From the NCBI GenBank assembly GCA_051294905.1, contig CM119372.1, forward strand, positions 36,892,001-36,952,000: a DNA stretch of 60,000 nucleotides, given 5' to 3'. This DNA is from Botryllus schlosseri (lineage: Eukaryota). Of the stretch, positions 1-13,543 are shown in pieces. The translations under genes and the position numbers were made by a program. Positions within the stretch are counted from its first letter, which is position 1, and each line of letters begins with the position of its first letter. Below the pieces are notes generated by a model that saw nothing but the letters and a program-made list of their open reading frames with translations, ran no database searches and had not been told where the DNA came from.

Positions 1-2556
1 ACGTCATACTTTCCATTTGGCTAAAGGCAATTTGACTGTAGTTTATGACCGGCTTGCGGAGCATCAAATTCGATAAAACGGGTATTAATCGGAAGCTGCC
101 GCTGTACTGATTACGAAAATATAAACTTTATTTCGCTCATCGCCCAGGAACCCCCACAATCAGCCTCGAAGTTTTCATTGTTAGGAAGAGTGGCATAGTG
201 ATGCAACAATGCTGTCGGGAGAAACGAGAGCTTAGCTCATGAGCAAATGAGTGGCGGCGCGGCGAGAGTGACTGCTCAACAGACGTCACGGCAATGGGCA
301 ATGAGCTTGTGTTGCGAAGTGTAATCGCGTTGCAGAGAAACGAAACGAGCACACAAATTAACAGCCATTCCTTGACTTGTAAGGGTAGAGCTGGGTCCAC
401 AGAATGCATTGGGGCCCTATGAATTTTCATGCATTGTCATTCAACTTATAGAGGTCTTTCCGTCTAGGTCAGGGGTGGGCAATTATTTTACTCCGCGGGC
501 CAAAAGGGAAGTAAAAAATACGTTTGTGGGCCGAGTGAAAAAAATTACCTATATCATCCAGCGTATTTTAATTTATTTCTAAATTACATTGGTAATAAAT
601 TATGCTAAGTGAATGTGTTGATGTTAAGTTATGAGAAAGTGACGGTTAATTAAAAAACTATATATATTTGCCGTCATGATTCGAAACAATGTTAAACATG
701 ACACATTCCAACTCTCTTTAATCCCTACCCACGATATTCTATTAGGACTCAACAACAATGGATCTCAAACTTTCTCAGGGACGCCTTTCTTTATGATAGG
801 GAAAAATTTCACTCCCCCTTATCATGATATCACAAAATATTAAAAAGTGCAACCAGAGTGCTACCAATCCCAACGGATAGTTTGATGGCATGGAAGGTTA
901 TGGCTGTTGAAGAGAGAATTCTCAAATATCCAAATCGGACTATACACAGAGCATTAACCATAATCTGGGAGGAATTCGCGCGGGGCGCGAAAAAATCCCC
1001 CCCCAACTTCTGATGCTTTCGCGCCCCCAGTTCGAGAACCACTGCACTGAAATGTATATGCAATAGTACAGAGCTCATTTTCTTAGTAGCTGTCCTCCGA
1101 GCGGTGTGCAGCCAAAGTAGTTTTGATGATGAGCAAAGCTTGCAGTTTTTCTGAACTTCGCCCCCCCCCCTGACCGAGTCTTTCGGGTTTTCGTCATAAA
1201 ACCGACTTTATTTGAAATCCTTAATTGCGGCAACATGCTCGGCAAAAACTCAGAGAACAGGGTTATCCCTGACTTCAGTATGCAAATATTTAGTGCTCCA
1301 AGGTCCTAAGCCTTCTTTGAGTTTCAGTTTTCGCCTTTCATGCCCTTTAATCCGTTATGGGTGATAGATATGATGTGTCATTTAGTAATCGCGGGATTTG
1401 GAAACGTATCATGTAACAATTGGAAACACATACCGTATAATGAGTAATGTGACGATGGCAACGAAGAAGATTTGAACTCAACTATTTTGAAAGAGGGATT
1501 TCTTGTGAAATTGGCACACATATTTTGCCACATTGCCTTTATTTTGAATCTGGATTACGCATGCGAGGTAGACTACGTAAGCAGCATAATCGTGGCATAT
1601 TAATGAACATGCTCCAAAGTAAACGAAATTCCCGTTCAGTTGATACAGCCTATGGTTTTGGTCATTAAAAGAGGAAGTTTTATGTTTTGAATTCCAAGCA
1701 ACCATTCGGGGGCCGCATTTGGCCCGCAGGCCGCACTTTGCCCAGGTCTGGTCTAGGTAGCTGCCAGCTGGTAGCTGTATACATTGGATATGTCAGATTA
1801 TTATGATATCGATTGACTTAGCCCGCTTGTTGTGTAGGGCTCCAGAAACACGTTGCACTGATAATGGAGGGTGTCGATAGTTTCTATGGTCGCTTTGCTT
1901 AAGTGTGAGCACACATTACCAGCCTTTCCTTCACCTGTAAGGGTAGGACTTGGTCCGCAAATGCAGCAGGTAAAATATTGATTAACGGTTGACAGCAGGG
2001 GTGTCGAACTAAGCTGGGGTCGAGGTCCGGATTCAATCCTTCATTAGATAGCTTGCGGGCCGGACCAGCCAAATGATGCCAAAATGTTACCACCAAATCC
2101 TTACCTTCGTTTTTCACGGAAATGCTCTATTACCAAGCACAGGCCTATATAGCCCGAGCCAGCAATATAGGAGATTTACCTAAACGGCGATTTGGTTTAT
2201 CATTTTTCAATCACCATTCGGATTTCTCTGAACGATGGAAACCTTTTGCGCGGTAACATTGCCGCGACGCCAGCTGAGCACTCACTCTCGCAGCTCAGCT
2301 ACTCATTTGCTCATAAGCGGCGCTCTCGTATCACCAGACAGCGTTTTTGCGTCACTATGCCTTTCTCCACAGCCATAAAAAATCCGAGGCTGATTGTGGG
2401 GGTTCGTGGGTCATCAGTGAAATAAAATTTATATTTTTGTAATCAGTACAGCGGCAGCTTTCGATTGATACCCGTTTTATCAAATTTGATGCTCGGCAAG
2501 TCGGTCAAAAATTACCGTCTAATTGCCTTTAGCCAAATAGAAAATATGGCGTGAAC
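1..2556. mobile_element. Long-TIR non-autonomous DNA element (left end at or beyond the window edge)
   Basis: 1-300 is a diverged inverted copy of about 2255-2555; another copy of the same terminus lies at about 58565-58735. Confidence 0.7.
470..1750. mobile_element. hAT (Charlie/Buster-like) MITE with nested smaller MITE at about 756-1044
   Basis: Ends CAGGGGTGGGCAA ... TTGCCCAGGTCTG; perfect 8-bp TSD GTCTAGGT (462-469, 1751-1758). Confidence 0.85.
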
Positions 2557-2788
2557 TAATTCCACTCAGACGTGAGATTTGCATGTGTCCACACCATGTA
2601 GGACACTATGGTAAAACAGTGGAATATATCCATCGTAGAATATTAGATAGTAACAGCCGCCGGATTCATGCAGTCTATTGCGGATTGCAGACTCACTACC
2701 GAAAATTGCTGACGATTAATGAACATTACCTTCAAGTAAGCCAGTAATTACGTAAAATTGGAAGTATGAAATGGGCAGCATAGCCTAC

Positions 2789-5700
2789 CTGATGCTTGCC
2801 GCGTTTGTTCTTTTCCTCTCAATAACTCGACTTCAGTAAAGCCTTGGAAGAATTTTAATTAATTGCTCATTTATTGATAAGTTGCTAGCAACACACATAT
2901 AACTCACCTCTGTCAGCGTGGCGGTATTTCACCACTGTCCTTTTTCTCTTCACATCAATACGGCCAATCGCCCAGAGAACTATAATCTCCCCAGCCTTAA
3001 TAACAAATTTGACAATTTGCACCATTTTCGAGCGTTACGAATATTTGTACAGTACATATTTTATTATCCTTGAACGTCAGTAGATAACATATCTGCAGAT
3101 ATTTGTCTGGGTTGCCTACGTGCGTTCAACTGTCTTACGTCTATCGGTATTCCCTTGACAGTCATTTGAAACGCTTTCTGAATGCGCTTAGTTCACTAGT
3201 AATTTGTGGTTGTGGCTATGGTTGGTAGTGTCTTGCGATTCAGCTCTAGACTGAAACGAAAATATTGTATTTTGCCGATTTTCGCGATAGCGTAAGGTGC
3301 AAATAGGGTAATCCACTGCACTCCTGATATATATCTGTATAAGGATTCGTGTAATTGATCCGTTTTCACCCGCCAGAATGGATTTGAAAGAAGAATGTGA
3401 TAGCTAAAAGTCAAAAGGACTACGTGCACCCTTTCCTATGATCCTTTTCCTGGTAAATACACAGTTTTCCTGTGCATGTATTTATAGCGCACGCCTACCT
3501 TGATTGTATTGTCGAAGGCGTTATCTGATTTTAGCGGACGCTTCACTGTTATTGTCGTATGCGTCGCATTTTCAACGCCGTCTAAGATATCGACATTTTG
3601 ATCTGCGTCAACGGTTGGAGGCCCATTTTTCGCTGCATAACAGTCCTAAAACAGAGAAAATGTCAAGGAAATCATTGTTTGCGAGGATATTCAAGAGCCG
3701 GCGATCAACCTATATGAGGAAGCACGTTTCCCATTTACGCAAATAGAAGATGCGTCATATTCAGTTACCGGGAGAAAGCGCTCTTAACATGATATGATCT
3801 CAATCAAGTTTTGTTATTTTCGTGCATTTTACGTCGGTATCGATTGTCTCTTATTTGTCTAGGATTAGTAATTACCGACGATCATTATTTCCTCGTGTGT
3901 CTTGCTTCGTATTTATACCCTTCTGTTCTGTTGTCTACGGTCTTTCGTTTAACTGCACTCTGGATCGTGTCGCCTGTATTAAAGTTATTCTGCTGGTAAT
4001 ATAGGCTACTGATTTCATATTGAAGCCTCGTCGTTTGAGTTATTGTTCGAACAAGATCAAGAACATAACAAATTCGTCAACAAACAGTCTGGCTGTAAAA
4101 ACTGTTTAGTTAAAATAGGAAAACTGAAGAAAAAGTGAACGATAGTAGCAAATGATCGATGAAGCAATGTCTGGGCGAGGTAGGGCAGTGTTAGTATAAC
4201 GACAGGGGGTGATCAAGTAGGTCTTTTTTGAATCTATTTTAAGGCAGTTCACGGATATGTGATGGTAATGCATTCCAGATGATAGATCCCGAGTAGTCAA
4301 TAGATCTCTTAGTTAGGTTGCTATTGGGTGGGGGTAAGTAGATATTTCCCTTTGACGAGGATCTCGTGTAATGGGAATGGACATTTTTAGCAGGTATGGA
4401 AAAGTCATCAAACACACGAGGCAGACTATTGGAAAAATATTTGTAAATAACTTGATACTTCGAAGCGATTTAGTTCGTCAATTCGCAAAATTCGATGATT
4501 ACGGTAGTAAGGCGATAAATTGGTACGTATTATCGGTTCACATCAATCTCAAATATATTCTCTGGCTTGGTCGCGTCGAAGATGTGCGACAGTGGAGAAA
4601 ATTACGGAAATTACATCAAGGGTTACGAGCGACGACGCTTTGAATGGATACCACAATGATTGATGAGTGGTCTTTCGTGAAAACTTTTTACCCAGGGGGT
4701 GGGCAAAAACTCTTTGGGTCGCGGGCCGCATTCAACATCAGAATCCATTCGCGGACCGCACCATAATAAATTAGGATTATTAGCCAAAACACAATATTGT
4801 TACTTAATTACAATAATGGTAACCGAGGACATATTAAGGTAATATATATATATATGTATATGTAAAACAAACCAAACATTGATTGGGTGATATGATAACG
4901 TACACGCGTCAGAAGCATTGACAAGAGTTTATAAGTTGGTTGACCACAGTAACCAAATTGTCAAATTAGGAATGAAGTTCGGTTGTGCCGATTCATAGAA
5001 CAGCATGAAAATTTGAAGCTATGGGCATTTTGGGGCAACGATCTGTTTTGCTAAGTCTACATTTGCATTACCTCCAGACAGGGCTGTAATGTCTCGAGTC
5101 ATGATTTGATCCGAATCCGAATCGAGCTGCAGTTTTTCGGTGACTCGACTTGACGCGAGTCATTTTACTAAAATACGGAAAATTGACAAGACTTAACTGA
5201 GTCAATTTGTCTATTGACTCGTCTTGTACTCGAAACATTTCGCATAACTCGACCAAGTCATATGACTCGAGACTCGGACGGCCAAGATAGGCATTTCTTT
5301 GCAACCTCGAAGAATAGTAAAGTTACTGCAATATTCGTATTTCGTCTATCATAGGGTTGCTATACGTCCGGAATTATACTGCCCTAATGTCCGGAATTTT
5401 GAATGCTTGATATAGGATCAATTTTTTTTCGGTAATTACGATAAACGATGTATTATTTTTGGGCAGATTTATGCCACTTGAAAGTTTTCTTCGCGATGCG
5501 CGCAATTTAGTGTTGCGTCCATTGATTTTAATATGTGTACCACCGCCCATGCAAAAAATGCAATAAAAAATAAATAACAATAACCATCAGTCACAAAAAT
5601 AAGTATAATTGGAATCGTAATTACAGGAGAATGGTATATTCCTAGAGTCGGTTAAGGCTATTTAGATGCTTTAATCAAAGATAGCGGCTAATCAAATTAG

Positions 5701-8700
5701 AAATGAAGTCGCGACCATAATAGGTTGAAAACCACCGGATGTGCAACCTGCTGGTGCGGACCGGCATTTAGGCTCATAAATTGCCATGTCCATGTGATAT
5801 GACATGACTTTACGATGTATAATTACGTCCCCTGCATTTTCGAAGTCATCTTCCGCACCAGCTGTACTGCGGGCGCTAACTATTATCATATGGGTGGACG
5901 GAGGATCAAAATTTTGTAGTAACATATGGAAGAACCAATATTGTAGACGGATTTCATTCACAAAATTTAACGACCAGATGCATATAGAAATCAGATGTAG
6001 TAAGCCCCCAGAAGTTGCATCGATTCCCTATGGCGAGCGGAAGATCAGCGTTTATTTGGACGGGATGGGGCTGAAAAATGTTGTTTCGTTCCTGGTTACA
6101 ACACAAAACCACATAAATGCATTGACCTAACACTATAGCGGCTCCTGATCCGGATCGTGACCACCTCTGGTCGACATGTAAATCTTTGCTACTGTGACGT
6201 CATATTGACAGATGATGTGTCATAGCCCATTTTGAAATCCGCTAGTGGGCGCTTAAGAGTGTCCGGAATTTGATCCACAAAATATGGTAACCCGGGTCTA
6301 TCAGTACTGGTCGGTACTGGTACTTGAACAATAGAGCTATAAACTGTTAAGAGTGAGGAAATTATAACAGTATGTATCAACCTAACAGAGTTGTCAAAAC
6401 ATGGGTTAAACATGACCTGAGCTGGAAAATTAACACTGAGCACGAGGGCTTGGACTCGGACTCGAGTCTCAACGATATTACTCAGACTTGACCCTCTGCT
6501 GCCCGACTTGGTCTCGGACTTGACTCGGTGGTGATTGCAAAGTCCCATAAAAGTGAGATTGAGTTGTGGCTTGGAGCCTTGTGACTTGATCACAACCCTG
6601 CCTTTAGGACACACAATGCTGACAGCATCATAACCATACTACCTTTTAATACGCTTCTACGATACGATTATCGATAATATAAATATAAAATACTTCTACA
6701 CATATTGATGACACATCTACCTAACACGCACCACACACCACCATGTGATAAAAAGATCTACATATAATCCGTCGGAATACCAAAGACAAAAGTGATTTGG
6801 CGCAGTGTGCTACGCAGCACAGTCACGACACCAATGATTGCATGTTGGAGCCTAGGCTCTGCCTAGTTTCTACGTGTCAGATATCTCTACCTGGGCTCCT
6901 CATCGTCGATCTCACTGCATATGTGGTGTCGTACGAAAAGCCTTGATAGAATAAGTGATGTCGAGGCATCGAAGGTTGATAGCAACAGATACTGACGAGG
7001 ACGCATGGAAGAGAGAGTGAAAGATGGTGAATGAATGCGTGCAAGTTGTCCGGAAAAGCGGACCAAGAATTCAAGAGTTGAACGATACAATACTCATGAT
7101 CGCAACGCAAGTGACCGAATAGGCTACGCGCCAAAAACTCTTCAATAAAAACAAACAAACAAGTCAGATATCCTAAATACCCTATATAACTTATAAATAT
7201 TCATGCTCATTTTTGTTCGCACTATCGTCGCGAGTTTGCGGGTTCTTCTACAATGTTACTAGCTCAGAATTACCTGCTTGTTGATACATCATGGTATATA
7301 AGGGATGAATGGCAAAAGAATTCGTGATATTTCGATTATCCTGGAGTATTGCGTCAGCTTATCCAACGAAAAGGCCGACAGCACTGGGAGAAAGATTGTT
7401 CTAATGTTACCCACATAAACATACTCTTTTCCGTTTAGCACCCCTCCGATGATAAGATCAGCACCTGCCATCGTGCGAGCGGGTGCGAAGCCAATTCCGA
7501 CCCATCCTTTTGTTTCTCCGATGATCTGTATTTCAAGAGAGGCATTTCACTCGAGTATGTGTAGATGCGTATCTGATAAACCAGTGATTTTCAATCATTG
7601 AGGGTCAGCGATATTGAGGTGCGGGAAGCCCTCCGCGTAATGAGGTAGGAATCGGTGGATGCGTGCTTGAAATTCCAAGTGTCCATTAACGGCCATATAC
7701 ATTATAATAATTATTGCGTCGTGCCTACCATTGTACATTATTGCTTGTATTTTACTAATACCAGAATGTACCTAAGAGTTGGTAACATTATCTAAAAGCA
7801 AAAGTGCACAAAGTCGCAAAGGTGGTAAAGTTACTGCGCATTTGATTAACTCTTTATAGTAGCACTTCGCATGCACTGCATATCATGCGTGCATTGTCTG
7901 ATCGATAAAACTTCTAAACATGGCTTTTTATAGCGGTAAAGTGCAGTCACCCTACGTACATACTCATTGTTCAATTACTCAATTATATCACACGTTTTAT
8001 GACTTGCAACACCCGCAGAAGCAGCGCATTTTGTTGCAAGTCTGAATAACTGAAGTGAGTGGCTGGTAAGGGAGTTTGGGGAAGAGTGCATCTTCAATCC
8101 GTGGCGATATTTCTTTATTGTGTGCTGTAAATATGATGTGGTCCTCAATTAAAGATAAATGTGCAACAAAATTGTCAGTTACCCGTTTTCTTCAGAATGC
8201 AAGTTGCAATATGACTCTGTGCTGTTGCGTCAAGAGGACGCAAAATGGATGACGTATGACATAATCAAAACCTAATTACCTAAGAAATGGCACTAAGACG
8301 AATGTAGCGTCATGAAATTGAAACAGCGAAAAAAATGCTTTCAGGAGATTTCGCAAAGTGTTTTAAGAAGCGTTATTGGGTGACGACGAATGACCTCATT
8401 ACCACACATATATATATATCCATATAGCTGGAGTGTAATGCTACTTTCGTGAAAATCTCTTAGATGCAATTCGTTTACGGTGGCTTTAGAAAAATGGCTG
8501 CAGCTAAAAATATAACGACTTTCATTTTTAATTTGAGACCACACAATTCGCTGAAGATTGTATTAAAACAGCAAGCTGGAACCAACGTACATACGATCGA
8601 ACGGCAAGCTACTGTTGTAAGCTTCACTGTACCCTAATGCCAGTAACAACAGGAAATTTTATCACGGAACTCATGGAAGCGATGTGCCATGAGCTGCAGT

Positions 8701-8974
8701 GGACTGTTGCTAAATTATGTAACAAGATAAGTCTGGTTATTTATCCTCAAGTTCGACAGCTAAAGCTAAGTTTTTTTCGAAATGCGAACTGACGAGGCAT
8801 AGGGAGAACATATACAATACGTATAAATACCTTCATTTTAATTGAATCTTGATCAAAGTTCCAATGTAATGAAATTCGTGGGCTGAGTTGTTGAGTATAC
8901 TTCCAATCTTCATTGCCCTCCGATGCACTGAAGAACACGGATATAGTCACCAATACCACTATCCAAACATACAT
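2789..8974 (-). CDS. MOXD1: DBH-like (MOXD1-type) monooxygenase paralogue B, exons 1-5 (signal peptide, first DOMON, linker); probably continues beyond the left edge
   Basis: Exons 8974-8831 (MYVWIVVLV...SIKMK), 7525-7415 (IIGETKGWVGIGFAPARTMAGADLIIGG..), 3645-3499 (DCYAAKNGPP..), 2995-2908 (AGEIIVLWAIG..YRHADR) and 2842-2789 (FTEVELLRGKEQ..). All GT-AG, with the same intron phases as paralogue A and identical sizes for exons 2-4; exon 2 is 28/37 aa identical. No exon 6 found in 1-2788. Confidence 0.85.
4191..4540 (-). pseudogene. CR1/L2-group LINE ORF2 3' fragment in intron 2 of paralogue B
   Basis: Minus-strand translation ..YKYFSNSLPRVFDDF..VHSHYTRS..LTKRSIDYSGSIIWNALPSHIRELP*NRFKKDL, typical of the C-terminus of CR1/L2 ORF2; contains a stop and a frameshift. 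Confidence 0.7.
5079..6600. mobile_element. GACTC/GAGTC-rich hAT MITE (family of 12980-13489, opposite orientation), interrupted by a nested element
   Basis: Ends CAGGGCTGTAAT ... CACAACCCTG; degenerate TSD CCTCCAGA/CCTTTAGG; many GACTCGAGTC motifs. Confidence 0.7.
5352..6295. mobile_element. hAT Blackjack-like MITE nested in the 5079-6600 element
   Basis: Ends TAGGGTTGCTATA ... TATGGTAACCCGG; perfect TSD GTCTATCA (5344-5351, 6296-6303); related partial copy at about 36344-36720. Confidence 0.8.
6795..7162 (+). mobile_element. tRNA-derived SINE, family 1
   Basis: A-box TGGCGCAGTGTG, B-box-like GTTGGAGCC, body shared with the copies at 26148 and 39110, (AAAC)n tail. Confidence 0.7.
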
Positions 8975-11900
8975 ATCTTTTTGCGAAATCCGTCCACCGT
9001 GATAGTGAAAGAGGGATGTACTACGGCAATTACGCAAATCTTGATTTTGACAAAGGTTTATATATGTTGAGTTCACGTGCATCTAGTAGTCTGATAGCTG
9101 TCTATATTTCATGAGAGTGTAGAATGTGTCAGCATATTTGCAATAATTTCCAGCCTGCGGCGTATTATACTGTCTATCTATAAAGTATCTATTCGACACA
9201 CTGAAACGTATACAACTATGCAGACGTATATATATGTAGGCCTATATGTGCGTCATATCTTCAACAGCATTACGTAAACCCCATTTATTTATTTATCCTA
9301 CGTTATTGCAGCATTGCAGACGTCATCATTCGATACCATAAAAGAATTTGTAAAATTGTGCTTTAAGTAATTTCCACGTGACACATATCCTGTTCTTGTC
9401 ATATTTCTGATACAGATTCGTAAGAATATGCGGTTATCTCTCTTTATTCGTTTAGCTTTCCATGAGTATCAATAATTCCGCAGAACGTGATGAATTCCTG
9501 ATTCGGGTGACGAGGCTTCGCTTCGCTACACGGGTTTGACATGTTCACACTTTTAAAATGCTTCCAAAAAACACTTTTATAATATTTATATACAACCAAA
9601 TCATCATAGCTCTTTTGTTGAATGTTATCCAAAATATTCGCAACATCTATTGATATAACGTTTTCGCAGATAGTGCCTTAGCGGTACGTTCCCAGAATCC
9701 GGTAAGGTCTGACCTCATTACGTCATTTCCACTTCACAAAACTTCGTACATATTGGGATTAATGTAGAAAAGCATCGCAAACACATACTTCATGATGGGA
9801 GCATTTCTTCTGGTGGTGCAATCAACTGTGTCGCAACAGCTGAAGTTTTTCTTTTTATCTCTGGATACTTCTGAAGCGGTTTCGTTTTGCTTTCGATATA
9901 ATTACACAGATTGCATAACAATTAGAGCTGATACAAGGGAGGTGTATAAAAGAAAAGAATAATAATCCTTCGTTGTTGCGATTGGTCTGAAACCTCAGAT
10001 TTACCACAATACGTGGAATCTGAGAGAAAACTTGATTAATATACGTCACGAATTTTTGCTGAAGAAGCTTGTTGTCTGTGGTTTCTATTTGTGCTAACAA
10101 CATTGGAATGGTGACCAGTATATAGGCTACACGTTACGGAATGTTTTATTGTTTACATGCTATATATTACATAAAAAGCGATTACCCTAACAGGCAAATT
10201 ACTAATGTGTTACCACAACGGCGAAGATATAAAAGCATTGACCCAAACAGGGATTACCTAAATTACTGGAATCTTCATATTCTTCATGGCGCATTTAATG
10301 TGCTTTTGGATATTTGGCGTACCTGGAGTAGCTTTCTACCCATTTTACACTGTTCCCACTTGTGCTTGAGTATATTTGTTATCAAAAACTGCTACTAATT
10401 TTGTACTGAAGTAGGTTCTGCCTACTTGCACTGCGTACTGAATTATTTATGATTTTAATTTACTTCTCGTCAACAGTTTTCTGTCTGGAATACTTTCATT
10501 TTCCATTACTTGGAAATGGTCAATGCTACCCGTGCTTGAGTAGAAAGTAACGCGGTTACTTTTACTTCTACCTGAGTGCCAACGACGACTACTTTGACCA
10601 TCTCTGGTCGTCGATATTTTTTTAATTAGGCTATAGCTATGCATTTGGGGTATATAGCGGATTTGTCGAATGTGTGCTACGATGAATAGTCCAAGTTCAC
10701 ACAAGATATCAAAATTAACTGATTACCGTAATTTTCCATGTATAAAAGGCGGGATATAATCAAATATTTTTGCCATAAAATCTGGGGTGAGTATTATACA
10801 TGGGTAAAACAATCTAAAAGAATCTTCCTCGAAATAGCATTTGAAATCACACCTTTCTTTTTGTTTGTTGTCAATCGAGCATCACATTTAGCCATCCTGC
10901 CCAGTATTTCGTATTATCAGTGCTGGGCGCTAACAGCCACCAGCGTATGGGAGGAGTATGCGACGGATGCGGGCGCATCCCCTATCCAAATATCTGAGAT
11001 TGTCACGAATTGACTTTTTAGTTTCCTTACTATATTACAAAATCAGTGACAGAAACTTGTTTAACAATATACAAGGAGCATATATTCAACGTAACGGGCA
11101 TATTTCTGTCAAAACTACATTCATTGCAGTATTGAGTTATCAGATCAATGACGTTTGATTCTTACGGAGTTAACGGCACCATGACAAGCGCACGAACAGA
11201 GAATCGAAGTCTTAATTTGAATTCCAGTTTTAGCATAATATAATTATGATCACATGTCCATTATGTCATCGATCGGCATCTTCCTCCAGATTAGCCTGGG
11301 ACATGCATGGTTTGCATTTCTGTTACTGGGAAATGTTTTCCCCTCAACTATATCCTGGTTTCTGTATATTATGACTACATTACTGTCCACTGTGTAATCA
11401 ATCGGTATTGGGCAATCTTCCTCCAGATTAGCCTGGAACACCCATTGCTGGCTTTTCCGCTCTGGCGCTCTTTAGAAACATTTTCCATATATGTAGATAG
11501 TAGATCCTGGTTTCAGCATATTATGACCGTTTCGCTGAACGCTATGTCGTAATGTCATCCAAGTTGGATGTTTGACTTTCCGCTCTTAGAAATATTTTCA
11601 TCTTGTTTCGATCCTAGATTTCGTTATCTGAATCAAATTCGCCATCTTCTCGATGCGGCAAAGTCCATATTTTCGGCTTCTTCCACATTTCATAGTTGCT
11701 ATCCAACATAAAAGATCATTTGCCCAATTTTCCGCCTCTTCTTTTTCTATAGCATAAAATACTCATTTGAACTGTTATGAAATTCTAATGATTTATACTG
11801 TGCTTGAAATTGAAGCCTAATACCTTACTCATTCGGAATCAAACCACTCAGAATTTGCCCAGCTTGTTATCAAGCTGAACGTATGTCAGTAGATTACGTT

Positions 11901-12979
11901 AATTATCCTACATTTTCTTGCAAAGCAATAACTTGAAAAATCCAAAGTAATTCAAATCATTGACTAAATAAATAACTTATCAACTTTTATATGCCATCGC
12001 CAAGAACGACACGACAAGCTACTAGGATTACCTAGTATATCCCTAGCTACTAGCTAGAGTGCTAGACGCTACCGCAGCTAGACGCAGTAAACTTGTCATG
12101 GTCACTGGGTTGAAACAAAACATTGAGGTCATAGGTTAACACGGGTTCGGTTTATCAGTTATAAGTTATAACTTTTATCAGTTCAATACACCACAAAAAT
12201 TGCGATACAATGAAAAGATAGAAAGGTATCGAAACGACTTGGATAGTACTTGAAATCAGACACTCACCTTGGCCTTGGCGATGTAAAGATAAGGATGCGC
12301 AGATTGCACACTGCATGAAAAGTAGAAAGACTACACGGCTGATAGACGATACCACGAGGTAATCCCGGCACAGAATAAAATATAAGGCACATTTTAAAAT
12401 CATCTCTCGTACATCGAAAAAGCAATCTAATATCACCAAGCTCCGAACTACTGCCATAGGTAAAGGCTTTGCTACTGCGATCTCCGGCAATGTAAATTGA
12501 CGTCATCGCTACATACGGATGTATTGTGGGTAGTACCCTAAGTGATGTCATAGTGATAGCGACAGTTGAATCATAGATCACTATGTTGATTTAGTAAAGG
12601 CATGGGAAAATGAATGGAAATCTGTTTTCCATGGTACGGGAAGTTATGGAAAAGCGGGTACTGTTAAAATATATTTGATTCGTGACAGGTTTGTCGTATT
12701 ATATGCGCCACTCGCTTCATACATAGCTTTTGCTACTTTATGTAAAATATCGTGGTCTGTGGTGTTGGCTGAGTGAGAATCAGAATCAGCAGTATCGCTC
12801 TGTCTCCTGTCTGGAAGTTTATGAAAACGAAATTCATGCACAAAACCGGTAAGTTACTGCCTATAATTTTTTCAAGTTGAGATTTTCTAGGAAATAAGTT
12901 CACTTGAAATTAAGTTGAAACTACCGGTACGGTAGTTCGTGTATACCGTATCACAGTTGCACTCTAACTTAGCAAAAAG

Positions 12980-13489
12980 CAGGGTTGTAACTAAGTCACA
13001 AGGTTCCGAGTCGCAAGTTTTGACTCGAGTCGAGTCACTTTCAATTCGTCATCGAGTCAAGTCCGAGTCCAAGTCACGAAATAGAGTTTCGAGTCCGAGT
13101 CATATTGTTTTGACTCAAGTCCTAGTCCAAGTCATTGTGTTGACTGTTCAGTTCCGAGTTAATGTCATGTGAAACCCACTTTTTACAACTCTGCTTGGTG
13201 ATACAGTATGCTTCGCATTCGCAATATATATACCAATTTTCTCACTTCTGACAGTTTTAGTAGCATTTTCAAGTATCAGTATTGACAGACGAAATGAGAG
13301 TAGTGTGATAACTTCACTATTTTTGGAAATTACAATGAAATGCGCCTGTCCTGGTAGACCCAGCCTCGAGTCATGCAAGTCGACTCACTGGACTTCATCG
13401 AGTCGAGTCGAGACATTTTTATTTATTTTGAAATGACTCGAGTCAAGTCGAGTCACCAGACAATAGCGACTCGAGTCATTACAACCCTG
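12980..13489. mobile_element. GAGTC-rich hAT MITE nested in the 5.4 kb hAT
   Basis: TIR CAGGGTTGTAA ... TTACAACCCTG; perfect TSD GCAAAAAG (12972-12979, 13490-13497). Confidence 0.9.
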
Positions 13490-13543
13490 GCAAAAAGCAC
13501 TATGAAGTAGTGTAACTACTAGATAGCCAGTAACGATTTTGAA

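Noticed and set aside
6189..6614. 141-aa ORF and similar Ser/Arg/Val-rich ORFs (12939, 23498, 35964, 42341)
   Set aside because: They are translations of short-motif MITE repeats with no protein motifs.
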